From an uncultured Chitinophaga sp. (GTDB lineage Bacteria > Bacteroidota > Bacteroidia > Bacteroidales > GCA-2748055): a DNA stretch of 64,000 nucleotides. Below the pieces are notes generated by a model that was given only the letters and a program-made list of their open reading frames with translations, searched no databases and had not been told where the DNA came from. A program made the translations under genes and the position numbers. The stretch spans positions 15,439 through 79,438 of the forward strand of contig CAYGFI010000004.1 in NCBI GenBank assembly GCA_964349045.1. Direction: 5' to 3'. This document shows positions 46,764-55,691 of the stretch, one piece after another; within the stretch, counting starts at the first letter, position 1, and the number at the start of each line of letters is the position of its first letter.

Positions 46764-49418
46764 TTATTTTAATTCAGGGTCTTCTTCCTCCCATGTTATT
46801 TCAAATAATGGATCCTGCTTTTTCAATTTTTTTTCTTTCCTATTCTTTACGGCTTTTTCGGGAACTTCTTTTTCATCTCCCCAATCCATAATGAACTGAC
46901 CATTTTGAGGATTACTTTCCGTTTTAATGAACTTTAAGGAATCGCCTTTAAACAATCCCAATTCTTCATTAAGAATGGTTTTTAATAATTTTTTCTCTAC
47001 CTGAAGGTCAGATTTAATCTTATTCACAGCTTCTTTTTTATCATACCGGATTTTAAAGTCGTCAGGAGTACCGGTAATAGAAAGATAAAGATTAGTTTTG
47101 CCAGGCCCATCGTCTTCGATGATTCCGAATTCTTCGTTTTCCTTTTTGGCCTTTTTTGCTTTCCCGGCAAGTATTTCGTTCAGGCTAAGTCTAAGTTTAT
47201 ATTCAAAGTAATTTTCAAATCCATGGGTTCCTGAAACTGTAATGTTAAATGCGGAAGAGTTAATATCCATTTGAGGAATATAGACTTTCTCATCTTTTAT
47301 CAGGATAGAATTTTTTAATGTTGAGAATCTGATATGCTTAAGTTCTGAAAGTGCAACGAATGACGATAGTTCAGTAACAGGCTCAAAATTAATTAGTTCA
47401 CCGTTCTCAATTACAAAATCAGATTCTGCGGTAAGGGTTTTTGTTAATAGTTTCAATTCAGGGCTGATTTGCGCAGAAAAATTAAGGCTCCCTGATGCAG
47501 AACCTTTGATATTTTCAGCAACAATAAAATCCTGTCCAAAATTATTAAAAGTATAGAATAATTTGTAAATATCAATTTTATACAGATCACCTGAAGTATG
47601 AAGCAGCATTTTCCCATGATTATCTGCTATTATTACACCACCTGCAGAAACTCTTCCGCTCATGGCTTGCATATTCACTGAAGAAACGCTCAAAAGTCCT
47701 GGCTTATAGCTGAACCATGTTTCCAGACCGGAAGCTATAAATTTTCCATAAACTAAACTATCAACATTACAGTGTAACTTAAGGTAAATATTATCAGGCA
47801 TTTGAAAATCAGTGTTTTCTGTTGAATTTGGAATACCCGTAAAATCGATAACATTAAGATATTCAGATGTAATATTTCCATTGACTCCGAGTATATCCGA
47901 GTGGTTTATAAAATAATCCCAGAAATGATTTACGACGAGATTTGCTGAGATGTTATTTTTCCCGAATTTCATTCTGATTACCGGCAACCAGGTTTCTCCA
48001 TCTATTTTGATATTTCCTTCCAGCAGATCAAGAGGAATATCAGGATAGGGGATTTTTCCGGAGATTTGTTTAAAGTTCAGATCGCCGGATATTCCTTTTC
48101 CGGAAATATTTTCAATTTTAAAAGTTTTGAAAGAATCGAGGGATAAATGAACAGAAAGATCGGGATAAATGAATCCCTGCTCCAGGCTTAAATCATCAAT
48201 TTTGATTATATCTGACAGATCTTTAGCTATGATGGTTCCTGATAGAGATGCCGACAGGTAAGGACTGATAAAATTATCCACCCTAAGTTTTCCATTCAGC
48301 TGATTCTTACCATAGTTTACAGAATAATTACTAAAGGTAAGCCTGCTGCTGGCAGCATTGCGTTGAGATCCATTGGAATAGCTTCCGTGCACTTCTATTC
48401 CGCTGATATTGCTTCCCTGGATGGGAAGGAAAACTTTTCCATTGGTAACCTTAAATGCAGCACGAATAGCCGGAACTGCTGTAGCGCTGATTTCGCCAAG
48501 AATTTTAGCCAGAATATCAACTTTTCCTGAAGGGGCATACTTTTTAAGATTATCTGTATTAAAAGGGAGAATAGATATCAAAGATGCAATATTCATTCTT
48601 TCACCGGCTATCTGAATATCCATAGAAGTTTTAGATCCGTAAATAAATGATCCACCGGTTTTAAAGTTTAAATCGTTTAAAGAAAGCTCTCCCCTGCTGA
48701 TTGTATAAACGGAATCGCGAACATTAAGGATTAACCTGGCGCCAAGGTTAAGTTTAGAGGCATATTCAATTCCCTCCCTGTTAAAAGTCGCTATAAAAAA
48801 TGATGACAGGGTGTTCAATGAAAAACTGTTTTGTGAGAATTTTCCTTTGAAAGCTAATTCTTTGATCTCACCTTCGGAATAAATATCTTTTGCAATATTC
48901 AAATATTGCCAGGAAAAATTACTCATTTTAACACCATCGAGTCTTAATGTCAGATTTCCAGGTGATTTAACCTTTTTTGTTTCTTTAAAAATACGGTAAT
49001 TTATCCCTCCTTCACTGTCGACGAGTATTGTAATCTTGCCATTTACTGCATGAACTCTTCTGAGACGGTAGTCTTTATTGAGAATATCGATAATATTAAA
49101 CTGCAAATAAATTCTGGAAGCTGTAAAGAGAGTATCATATGACATTCCGGTAAACTGGGAATGAATGAAGTCGTTTCCCGGTAAAGCAACCACATCGGTA
49201 AGTACAATGCTCATGAAAGGAAATTTTCTCAGAACAGAAAATTCTGCCGAGTGAACATTTACCATTACTTCAATTTCATTGTTAATTTCTGAAATTACAT
49301 AATTCCGGATTTCATCCTTATAAATTTTCCCAATAGCAACACCTGAGGCGATAATCACAATGATTATCAGTAAGATAACAACAAGTATTTTTGATGTTTT
49401 TTTTAAAATTTTTTTCAC
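46764..49418 (-). CDS. AsmA-family outer-membrane biogenesis protein
   Basis: 884 aa with an N-terminal anchor (ILVVILLIIIVIIASGVAIG). The body is long and beta-rich with repetitive G/S/N, and the C-terminal tail is charged. Confidence 0.65.
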   Translation of the reverse strand: MKKILKKTSKILVVILLIIIVIIASGVAIGKIYKDEIRNYVISEINNEIEVMVNVHSAEFSVLRKFPFMSIVLTDVVALPGNDFIHSQFTGMSYDTLFTASRIYLQFNIIDILNKDYRLRRVHAVNGKITILVDSEGGINYRIFKETKKVKSPGNLTLRLDGVKMSNFSWQYLNIAKDIYSEGEIKELAFKGKFSQNSFSLNTLSSFFIATFNREGIEYASKLNLGARLILNVRDSVYTISRGELSLNDLNFKTGGSFIYGSKTSMDIQIAGERMNIASLISILPFNTDNLKKYAPSGKVDILAKILGEISATAVPAIRAAFKVTNGKVFLPIQGSNISGIEVHGSYSNGSQRNAASSRLTFSNYSVNYGKNQLNGKLRVDNFISPYLSASLSGTIIAKDLSDIIKIDDLSLEQGFIYPDLSVHLSLDSFKTFKIENISGKGISGDLNFKQISGKIPYPDIPLDLLEGNIKIDGETWLPVIRMKFGKNNISANLVVNHFWDYFINHSDILGVNGNITSEYLNVIDFTGIPNSTENTDFQMPDNIYLKLHCNVDSLVYGKFIASGLETWFSYKPGLLSVSSVNMQAMSGRVSAGGVIIADNHGKMLLHTSGDLYKIDIYKLFYTFNNFGQDFIVAENIKGSASGSLNFSAQISPELKLLTKTLTAESDFVIENGELINFEPVTELSSFVALSELKHIRFSTLKNSILIKDEKVYIPQMDINSSAFNITVSGTHGFENYFEYKLRLSLNEILAGKAKKAKKENEEFGIIEDDGPGKTNLYLSITGTPDDFKIRYDKKEAVNKIKSDLQVEKKLLKTILNEELGLFKGDSLKFIKTESNPQNGQFIMDWGDEKEVPEKAVKNRKEKKLKKQDPLFEITWEEEDPELK

Positions 49419-49472
49419 CTGTCAATCAATTATCTTCAAAACTATATCCCTGCAATAATGACAATAATTAGT

Positions 49473-50189
49473 TTAAATCGGTTCATGTAAAAGAAAACTA
49501 AGGTAGTTATCTGAAGAAAGTTCCATAGTTTCTTTACCATAACGAAAAATTCTGGCTTTTCTTTCACCGATAAGTTGAATTGAGCTATTTTCCAGCAAAA
49601 GCATTGTTCCTTCGCGGAGTCCGACAACGTAAATATCCCTGTTCACATGTATAAATTCCTTTATTCTGTCTTCGCGGGTTTCACCTGCATGACCCGCCGG
49701 GTTTGCATCGAGGTAATGCGGGTTAATTTGAAAAGGAATAAGATTGAAAGATGAAAAGCTTTCGGGTTCAATAACCGGCATATCATTTGTTGTTCTAATA
49801 GTTGGGCAGCAGAGATTAGCCCCTGCACTCCATCCGATATATGGTGTTCCGGTGAGAATTTTATCCCGGATAGCTTCAATTAGTTTATGTTTCTGGAGCA
49901 GGTGCAAAAGCTGCCAGGTATTTCCTCCCCCGATAACAATAGCATCTGCATCCTCAATAGACTTAAGAAGATTCTTAAAAGTATGGATTGATGAAATGGA
50001 ATGACCAATTTGCAGGAATCTCTGGTTAACCCGTTCAGCATAATCATCGAAACTAATGGTAATGCCTGCATAGGGTATAAACAGAATGCTCTTCTTGCGA
50101 GCGCCAAGAAACAGTTTTATTTGTTCCATAGGATATGCCAGATATTCCTCTCCGGCATTAGTCGAGTTAGAAATTAGCAATAACCGCAT
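49473..50189 (-). CDS. pepE: dipeptidase E (peptidase S51)
   Basis: It carries MRLLLISNS...FIPYA, GGGNT and GWSAG (the nucleophile Ser context). Confidence 0.85.
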   Translation of the reverse strand: MRLLLISNSTNAGEEYLAYPMEQIKLFLGARKKSILFIPYAGITISFDDYAERVNQRFLQIGHSISSIHTFKNLLKSIEDADAIVIGGGNTWQLLHLLQKHKLIEAIRDKILTGTPYIGWSAGANLCCPTIRTTNDMPVIEPESFSSFNLIPFQINPHYLDANPAGHAGETREDRIKEFIHVNRDIYVVGLREGTMLLLENSSIQLIGERKARIFRYGKETMELSSDNYLSFLLHEPI

Positions 50190-50278
50190 AAGCCTGATAG
50201 TTTAAATATTCAGGTCAAAGTTAATATTAATACATTTAATGGATTTAAAACTAATTCACAATATCAGATCGGAGAATT

Positions 50279-51037
50279 TTAGTACGACTTTTGCAATTTA
50301 CTGATTTTAAAATTATCGAAGTTTTTTTCGAACAAAACGGTTTTAATAACGTGAGTTAGCATATTATAAACAAGCATTTTGCCAAAAAGGGGTATTCCAA
50401 TACCGGTAATGATTTTAATTACTTCAATTGCCTGGAGTGAACCAATAATTCCGGGAAGGACACCAAACACACCGGTATGGGAAGGGTGATATGCATTTAT
50501 TCCGTTGGAATCCGGAAAAACACAACGTAAGGAAGGGCTATTATGGCAATTGAATGTTGAGACCTGACCTTCGAATTTTTGTAATGATCCATAAACCCAG
50601 GGTTTACCTATTATGATGCAAGCATCATTAATCAGGTAACTGGTAGAAGTGTTATCTGCGGTATCGACAACAATATCATACCGGGTGATAAAATCCAAAG
50701 CATTTTCCGGTTTGAGATGGATATTATAAATTTCATGATTTACCAAAGGATTTAATGAGTTTAGTCGTTGTTTGGATATAATTGTTTTGAGTTTACCCAG
50801 ATCGTGGCCTCCATAAAGAATCTGGCGGTGGAGATTATCCTCGTTAACAACATCATCGTCCATTATCGCGATAGTGCCAACTCCGGCAGCGGTAAGGTAT
50901 TGCAATACAGGGGCTCCAAGGCCTCCTGCACCAATCACGAGAACTTTAGCTGCTTTTAATTTTTCCTGACCGGTCTCTCCGATTTCAGGAATCATTATAT
51001 GGCATTTATAACGTCTTTTTTCGGCATCGCTTAACAT
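50279..51037 (-). CDS. ThiF/MoeB/HesA-family adenylyltransferase (E1-like)
   Basis: It carries RYKCHIMIPEIGETGQEKLKAAKVLVIGAGGLGAPVLQYLTAAGVG..DDDVV..NLHRQ. No rhodanese domain is present. Confidence 0.85.
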   Translation of the reverse strand: MLSDAEKRRYKCHIMIPEIGETGQEKLKAAKVLVIGAGGLGAPVLQYLTAAGVGTIAIMDDDVVNEDNLHRQILYGGHDLGKLKTIISKQRLNSLNPLVNHEIYNIHLKPENALDFITRYDIVVDTADNTSTSYLINDACIIIGKPWVYGSLQKFEGQVSTFNCHNSPSLRCVFPDSNGINAYHPSHTGVFGVLPGIIGSLQAIEVIKIITGIGIPLFGKMLVYNMLTHVIKTVLFEKNFDNFKISKLQKSY

Positions 51038-51136
51038 AATATGTTTGCGTTTTAGTTAATCATACAAATCTAATTAAAGAAAGGGATAAAAAACAAGATT
51101 TATCCTCGCATCTCCTTGAAAAGAATAAATAAAGTA

Positions 51137-51175
51137 ACCCCCGGAATAATTTAGTTTTTTAATTCCCCCGGGGGT
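51137..51175 (-). terminator. GC-rich hairpin (ACCCCCGG / CCGGGGGT arms)
   Basis: The 8-bp GC arms at 51137-51144 and 51168-51175 flank a 23-nt AT-rich loop. The hairpin sits between the beta-barrel gene and the thiF-like gene. Confidence 0.35.
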
Positions 51176-51188
51176 CACAGAGCATATT

Positions 51189-51219
51189 AATGATTCCCCT
51201 ACCGGGGACAAAAATCATT
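51189..51219 (-). terminator. stem-loop immediately after the stop of the 51221..52159 gene
   Basis: AATGATT (51189-51195) pairs with AATCATT (51213-51219). The inner stem is TCCCC/GGGGA with a 4-nt loop. The structure starts 2 nt after the stop codon. Confidence 0.5.
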
Positions 51220-51220
51220 T

Positions 51221-52159
51221 TCAGAAGTCTAAAAGTGTAAGCCCGACAGAAAATGGATAGAGTTCAGGTCCCTTATTGGCTTCGAACAGAGGCGTTAAAT
51301 AATAATTTGCAAAAAGCCTCAGACTTCTGTAGCCGGCACGAGCTGTGAAACCGTATCTAAGGGAAGATAAATTATAATCGTCCTTATCTTTGATTTTTTG
51401 TTCATCACCATTTACTTTATATACGATTTTTGTATTTGAGCCCAGTTTAACTCCGGCCACAGGTCCGGCTGCAAGGTATATTCTTTTACTGCCCGCGGGA
51501 ATCTGGAATTCAAGGAGTAGTGGAGCCCTGAGATAGGTTGTCTGTAACCTGTTTTTTTGTATGTCTGGATATGAAGAGAGATCCAATGGTGCGATCACTC
51601 CTGCAACTTTTTCAATATTGTTATCATTATCGAAATGATAATTGTTCCATTCGAATCCCAGTCCGGTTGCCAGGCCGATTTTATCAGTACCCAGCCCGAA
51701 GCCATACTGAAGGAAGTTAAGGTTAAAATTCCATGACCGGCCTGTATTCAGGTCCATATAACTCATTTCGTTATCCAGACTCATTGACATGGTGCTGTTA
51801 ACGTAATTATTGAGTCCGAGCTCAAAACCGGCCCAATGAGGTTTGAATTTTCCATGGTCTTCATCATCGATGTCTTCATCGAAATCTTCATCGAAATCTT
51901 CCTCCAGGTTTTCGATGTTTACCTGGGTTCCTTTTTCTCCCTCTATAATTATAATTCCTTTTTTCCCTACTTTAATCCTTGTAGTATCCTTGTTTTCATC
52001 AATTACCACAGTTCCCTCAGGACCAACAGAAACCACTGTATTACCGGGTTCTTCACTTACTGAAACGACTCCAATATTTGTAACGGTTATGGAATCTTCC
52101 TGTGTATAGGCCGGTAATGCAAACAGTCCGGCCAATACGAATGCAAATAGACTTTTCAT
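51221..52159 (-). CDS. outer-membrane beta-barrel protein with an acidic linker
   Basis: It has a signal peptide (FALPAYTQ) and a soluble N-domain. The DEDFDEDFDEDIDDED linker is followed by alternating-pattern beta strands, and the protein ends LTLLDF. Confidence 0.65.
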   Translation of the reverse strand: MKSLFAFVLAGLFALPAYTQEDSITVTNIGVVSVSEEPGNTVVSVGPEGTVVIDENKDTTRIKVGKKGIIIIEGEKGTQVNIENLEEDFDEDFDEDIDDEDHGKFKPHWAGFELGLNNYVNSTMSMSLDNEMSYMDLNTGRSWNFNLNFLQYGFGLGTDKIGLATGLGFEWNNYHFDNDNNIEKVAGVIAPLDLSSYPDIQKNRLQTTYLRAPLLLEFQIPAGSKRIYLAAGPVAGVKLGSNTKIVYKVNGDEQKIKDKDDYNLSSLRYGFTARAGYRSLRLFANYYLTPLFEANKGPELYPFSVGLTLLDF

Positions 52160-52327
52160 TTGGGTAGAATTTATTATTTAGTATTTTCCGCTTTTAAACA
52201 TGGGACGGGTATGTTGTATTAAATGTTACAATAGGAGGAAAAAAAGTGGGAATCAGAGCAGCCACGCTCACTAATGACCTACGGTGTTGGTGGCTAAATA
52301 ATATCCGGCAGTAATTCAGTCTTACTT

Positions 52328-53437
52328 TTATTTTAGGGCAGTAGTCGAGATAGACAATAGTTTGGAATTGAAAGAATAGGCAGTTAACCTTCCATATTCA
52401 TCGGTCTTTTTTTCGAGTTTCATTTCTCCGCCGGTAAGTTTATTGATTCCGGATATGCCTGCATCGGCCACTTCCCAGGCAGTAATGCGGGTATTTTCAC
52501 GTTCTTTATTTCCAAGTACTTTTTCCGATAATTGCTTACGGGCATATTCTGAAAGGCTTAGATATTCAGGTGGATTTGATTTTGCCTTTACCTTTGAATA
52601 CGTGATTTTTCCCCCCTCAATTGCCGGTACATAGATTTGATTATCAGCGACTGATGGAAGTTTGATATGGAAAGAAGGGTTGAGTTTCTGGGGAGGCAGA
52701 ACGTCCTTGCTTTTATAATCATCATTATTCTTCCCATGTGACGCATCAGTTTTAATTGACGGGGCCTGTTTTTTCTCTTTTGGAGTAGAAAATGCAATTA
52801 TTGCTGCCTGATTGATAGCCGGTTGTCGGTTTTGAAAAGCTGGTTTTTCTATGTTCAATTGTTGTGTGCTGGTATCGGGTGTTACGATAATCGCTTCAGG
52901 AAAACCGGTTGCAATACCGGGAGTGATTTTACTGATATCTTCACTTCGTAAATATATAATAAACATTATAGCAACTGCTGCTGCTGCAGACAAAACAGGA
53001 AAAAGGATTTTCCCCGGAATAAGGATCAATGTCTTTTTAAGTTTTCCTTTTCCCGGAAAAACAATGTTCTTATCAGGAGAGAGGTGTAATTGATTGTATA
53101 ACTTTAATAACTCTTCCGTTTCGGGGTGTATTTTGGTATAATTAGCAAGCCCGGATTGTTGCTGAACATTTAAATCACCCTCTGATCCTGCGATACAGAA
53201 ATCCTCGAAATTATTTACATTAACTGGTAATGAGAGGTCCGGCTTTTTGAGAAATTCCTTATTATTAAAAATAATTTCTTCCGGAGAGAGGGATATTTTT
53301 TCAGTTCCTTCCAGTTCAGCTCTAAGTTCGGGATTAATCAGAAGAAAATCCTCGAGCATTTGTATCTCGATGTCGGTAAGATTTCCATCAAGATAATCCA
53401 TAAAATAGAGCTCGTAATTATTTCTGTTAATTTTCAT
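52328..53437 (-). CDS. anti-sigma-factor-like single-pass membrane protein
   Basis: It lies 6 nt downstream of the ECF sigma gene. It has an N-terminal cytoplasmic domain, one TM (ILFPVLSAAAAVAIMFIIYL) and an extracytoplasmic C-terminal domain. Confidence 0.6.
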   Translation of the reverse strand: MKINRNNYELYFMDYLDGNLTDIEIQMLEDFLLINPELRAELEGTEKISLSPEEIIFNNKEFLKKPDLSLPVNVNNFEDFCIAGSEGDLNVQQQSGLANYTKIHPETEELLKLYNQLHLSPDKNIVFPGKGKLKKTLILIPGKILFPVLSAAAAVAIMFIIYLRSEDISKITPGIATGFPEAIIVTPDTSTQQLNIEKPAFQNRQPAINQAAIIAFSTPKEKKQAPSIKTDASHGKNNDDYKSKDVLPPQKLNPSFHIKLPSVADNQIYVPAIEGGKITYSKVKAKSNPPEYLSLSEYARKQLSEKVLGNKERENTRITAWEVADAGISGINKLTGGEMKLEKKTDEYGRLTAYSFNSKLLSISTTALK

Positions 53438-53443
53438 TTCCTT

Positions 53444-53929
53444 TTATAAAACTTTTTCAGGGCTTCCAATGTAATTTTTGAGAAAGACCCTTCCCCTATA
53501 AATGTAAACCTTTACCTGAGATTCCGAGAGGCCTGTTATTTCCGCGATTTCCTCATAAGAGTATCCTTCGTAATCACGAAGGAGGATCACCGATCTCTGT
53601 GCTTCAGGTAAAAGCCTGATTGCCCTATGGAGTATTTCATTCAGGTCGGAATACTGATTGTCGTGTGCAAGATTTTCAAACCTGACTTCGTCAAAATCTG
53701 CCTGTTTGCTTTCTTTGCGGATCATATCAATCATGGTATGATATGCTGTTGAAAAAAGATAGGATTTAACTTTTGCAGCCTCAACTGTTTCATATTTAAT
53801 CCAGCATTTTTCGAATGTATCCTGAACGACATCGCGGGCTTTTTCCTGATCTTTAATGTTTTTAAGGATAAACCTGTAAATCCCGTTGGAATATTCTTCT
53901 ACAGCTTTGTTATAATCTTTAACTGTCAT
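53444..53929 (-). CDS. ECF-type RNA polymerase sigma-70 factor
   Basis: 161 aa. Region 2 is ARDVVQDTFEKCW. Region 4 is RSVILLRDYEGYSYEEIAEITGLSESQVKVYIYRGR. Confidence 0.9.
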   Translation of the reverse strand: MTVKDYNKAVEEYSNGIYRFILKNIKDQEKARDVVQDTFEKCWIKYETVEAAKVKSYLFSTAYHTMIDMIRKESKQADFDEVRFENLAHDNQYSDLNEILHRAIRLLPEAQRSVILLRDYEGYSYEEIAEITGLSESQVKVYIYRGRVFLKNYIGSPEKVL

Positions 53930-53955
53930 TTTTTAGTCCGCTTTCCTGTGCATAT

Positions 53956-53980
53956 GACGAAATAGTTGACCGAAAGTTAC
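53956..53980 (-). promoter_or_regulatory. candidate ECF-type promoter GTAAC-N16-CGTC upstream of the sigma gene
   Basis: On the minus strand, GTAAC (53980-53976) is followed by a 16-nt spacer and CGTC (53959-53956). The element is about 27 nt upstream of the ATG. It resembles autoregulated ECF promoters (GGAAC/GAAAC-N16-17-CGTx). Confidence 0.35.
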
Positions 53981-54120
53981 AAACTTGTGTGAAGAAAATG
54001 AAAAAAAGAGAAAAGCCTCTTTATCTGTTTTGCATCAGGATAAGAGATTTTTTCAAATTTACTCTTTTAAACTTAAACCCTGGCTGAGAGACTTTTTCTC
54101 TATTTGCCCCTCTAAAATTC

Positions 54121-54220
54121 CCTGAGGGCCTCCGCAGAGTAGCTTCAGCGCTCGCGGAAAGCTTCGGCGACACGTGGAGTGCCTCCGCTGAAGCTTCGGC
54201 AACTCGAGGAGGGAGAGACG
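54121..54220. repeat. GC-rich repeat island (65% GC counted over 100 nt) with internal direct and inverted repeats
   Basis: AGCTTC[A/G]GC[G/A] occurs three times (54141, 54160, 54192). GCCTCCGC occurs twice (54128, 54181). A 10-bp inverted repeat joins AGCTTCAGCG (54141-54150) and CGCTGAAGCT (54186-54195). Confidence 0.75.
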
Positions 54221-54226
54221 TTTTCC

Positions 54227-54254
54227 TGACATAGTAAGAATGACATAGTAAGAA
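54227..54254. repeat. perfect tandem duplication of the 14-mer TGACATAGTAAGAA
   Basis: Unit 1 (54227-54240) and unit 2 (54241-54254) are identical and directly adjacent. They lie about 75 nt upstream of the TetR ATG. Confidence 0.85.
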
Positions 54255-54292
54255 TTCTGAGATAATAATTTGCAAGTAATTATTGAAATACA

Positions 54293-54300
54293 TATTTTTG
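54293..54300 (+). promoter_or_regulatory. candidate Bacteroidota -7 promoter box (TAnnTTTG)
   Basis: TATTTTTG lies 28 nt upstream of the TetR ATG at 54328. It is preceded by the AT palindrome AATAATT-N7-AATTATT (54264-54284). Confidence 0.3.
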
Positions 54301-54327
54301 ACCGGTCAGTCAGTCATAAATTTTTTA

Positions 54328-54909
54328 ATGGCCCCACGAACGAAAATACAGAATGAGGAGATTCGGGAAAACCGGAGGCAGATCATTTTATTATCGGCGC
54401 TTGAGTTGTTTTCCAGGGAGGGATATCACAGAACTTCGATTGAGAGCATTGCTAAAAAGGCAGGCATTTCGAAAGGTCTTGTTTATAATTACTTTCAAAG
54501 TAAAGAAGAATTACTGAAGGACCTTATTTTGCATGGATTAAAAGACATGGAGCAGTATTTACAGATCCCTCAGGATACAAAATTCATAAAGGAAGGGATG
54601 CAAAACCTTATTGATAATGTTTTCGAAATGTTTCTTACGAACCAAGAGTTCTGGAAATTGTACTCTTCTATTATTGTCCAGCCCGATGTTTTGGAGGTGG
54701 TTTCGGGTGAAATCAAGGTAATGGTTCTGTCGCAGCTGAATACTTTGGAAGAATTTATACGAAAAACCGGGAGTAAAACACCGCGGGAAGACGCATATCT
54801 CCTGGGAGCTATATTTGATGGGATATCGCTGAACTATCTCTTTAATCCGGACGGTTATCCAATAGAAAGTATTAAAAAAAGGATCAAGGATATTTTTCTT
54901 AACAAATAA
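54328..54909 (+). CDS. TetR/AcrR-family transcriptional regulator
   Basis: The TetR_N HTH is RRQIILLSALELFSREGYHRTSIESIAKKAGISKGLVYNYFQSKEEL. I chose the ATG at 54328; the longer ORF begins with TTG at 54283. Confidence 0.9.
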   Translation: MAPRTKIQNEEIRENRRQIILLSALELFSREGYHRTSIESIAKKAGISKGLVYNYFQSKEELLKDLILHGLKDMEQYLQIPQDTKFIKEGMQNLIDNVFEMFLTNQEFWKLYSSIIVQPDVLEVVSGEIKVMVLSQLNTLEEFIRKTGSKTPREDAYLLGAIFDGISLNYLFNPDGYPIESIKKRIKDIFLNK

Positions 54910-54913
54910 AGAA

Positions 54914-55678
54914 ATGGTAAGAAATAAGGTTGTAAAAGTCATTGTATTATCAATCACATTACTGGTAGTAGAAATATCTTTCCTGAAGGCTCAGGATGCC
55001 AGGGAGATTGTTAAAAAGGCTTATGATCTGATGCAGGGCCAATCGAGCTATTCAGAAATGACCATGACGATTCACCGGCCCAAATGGGACCGGACAATTG
55101 GATTTAAGTCATGGATGAAAGGTAATGACTATGCACTGATTTATATTACAGAGCCTGCAAAGGAGAAAGGACAGGTGTTTTTAAAACGAAAGACTGAGAT
55201 GTGGAACTGGGTTCCTTCGGTAGACAGAATGATTAAACTTCCCCCTTCAATGATGATGCAGTCCTGGATGGGATCAGACATAACAAACGATGATCTTGTA
55301 AACGAGTCATCAATAGTCGATGATTATAAACAGACCCTTATTGGAAATGAATCCTTTGAAGGTTCAGCCTGTTATAAAATCGAATTAATACCAGACGAGA
55401 ATGCTCCGGTAGTCTGGGGAAAAATTATCAGTTGGATATCGATAAACGACTATATTACCTTTAAGAACGAGTACTATAATGAAGATGGAGAGCTGGTAAA
55501 CATTGAAACCATGTCGAGGATACAGGATTTCGGTAACCGAAGAATACCCGGCTATTTTGAGATCAGACCCGTTGACAAAGAAGATCAAAGTACTGTAATG
55601 GAGATAAAGGATATAAGGTTTAACGAAAAGATTGAAGATGGTTTTTTTTCAATTCAGAATATGAAATCGGTCCGATAA
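54914..55678 (+). CDS. LolA-like outer-membrane lipoprotein-sorting-fold protein
   Basis: It has a signal peptide. The pattern ...MTIHRPKWDRTIGFKSWMKG.DYALIYITEPAKEKGQVFLK...MWNWVPS is typical of the LolA-like proteins encoded next to FtsX-type ABC permeases. Confidence 0.6.
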   Translation: MVRNKVVKVIVLSITLLVVEISFLKAQDAREIVKKAYDLMQGQSSYSEMTMTIHRPKWDRTIGFKSWMKGNDYALIYITEPAKEKGQVFLKRKTEMWNWVPSVDRMIKLPPSMMMQSWMGSDITNDDLVNESSIVDDYKQTLIGNESFEGSACYKIELIPDENAPVVWGKIISWISINDYITFKNEYYNEDGELVNIETMSRIQDFGNRRIPGYFEIRPVDKEDQSTVMEIKDIRFNEKIEDGFFSIQNMKSVR

Positions 55679-55691
55679 GAAATTAAAAAAG

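Noticed and set aside
54227-54254. Whether the tandem 14-mer or the hairpin repeats could be a CRISPR array.
   Set aside because: There are only two abutting units with no spacers at 54227. At 25730 the repeats are inverted and not direct. No cas genes are in the window.
54021-54293. 90-aa minus-strand ORF in the sigma/TetR intergenic region.
   Set aside because: Its Ala/Glu/Ser-rich core is just the translation of the GC-rich repeat island. It has no plausible start context or domain, so I treated the region as a repeat and not as a CDS.
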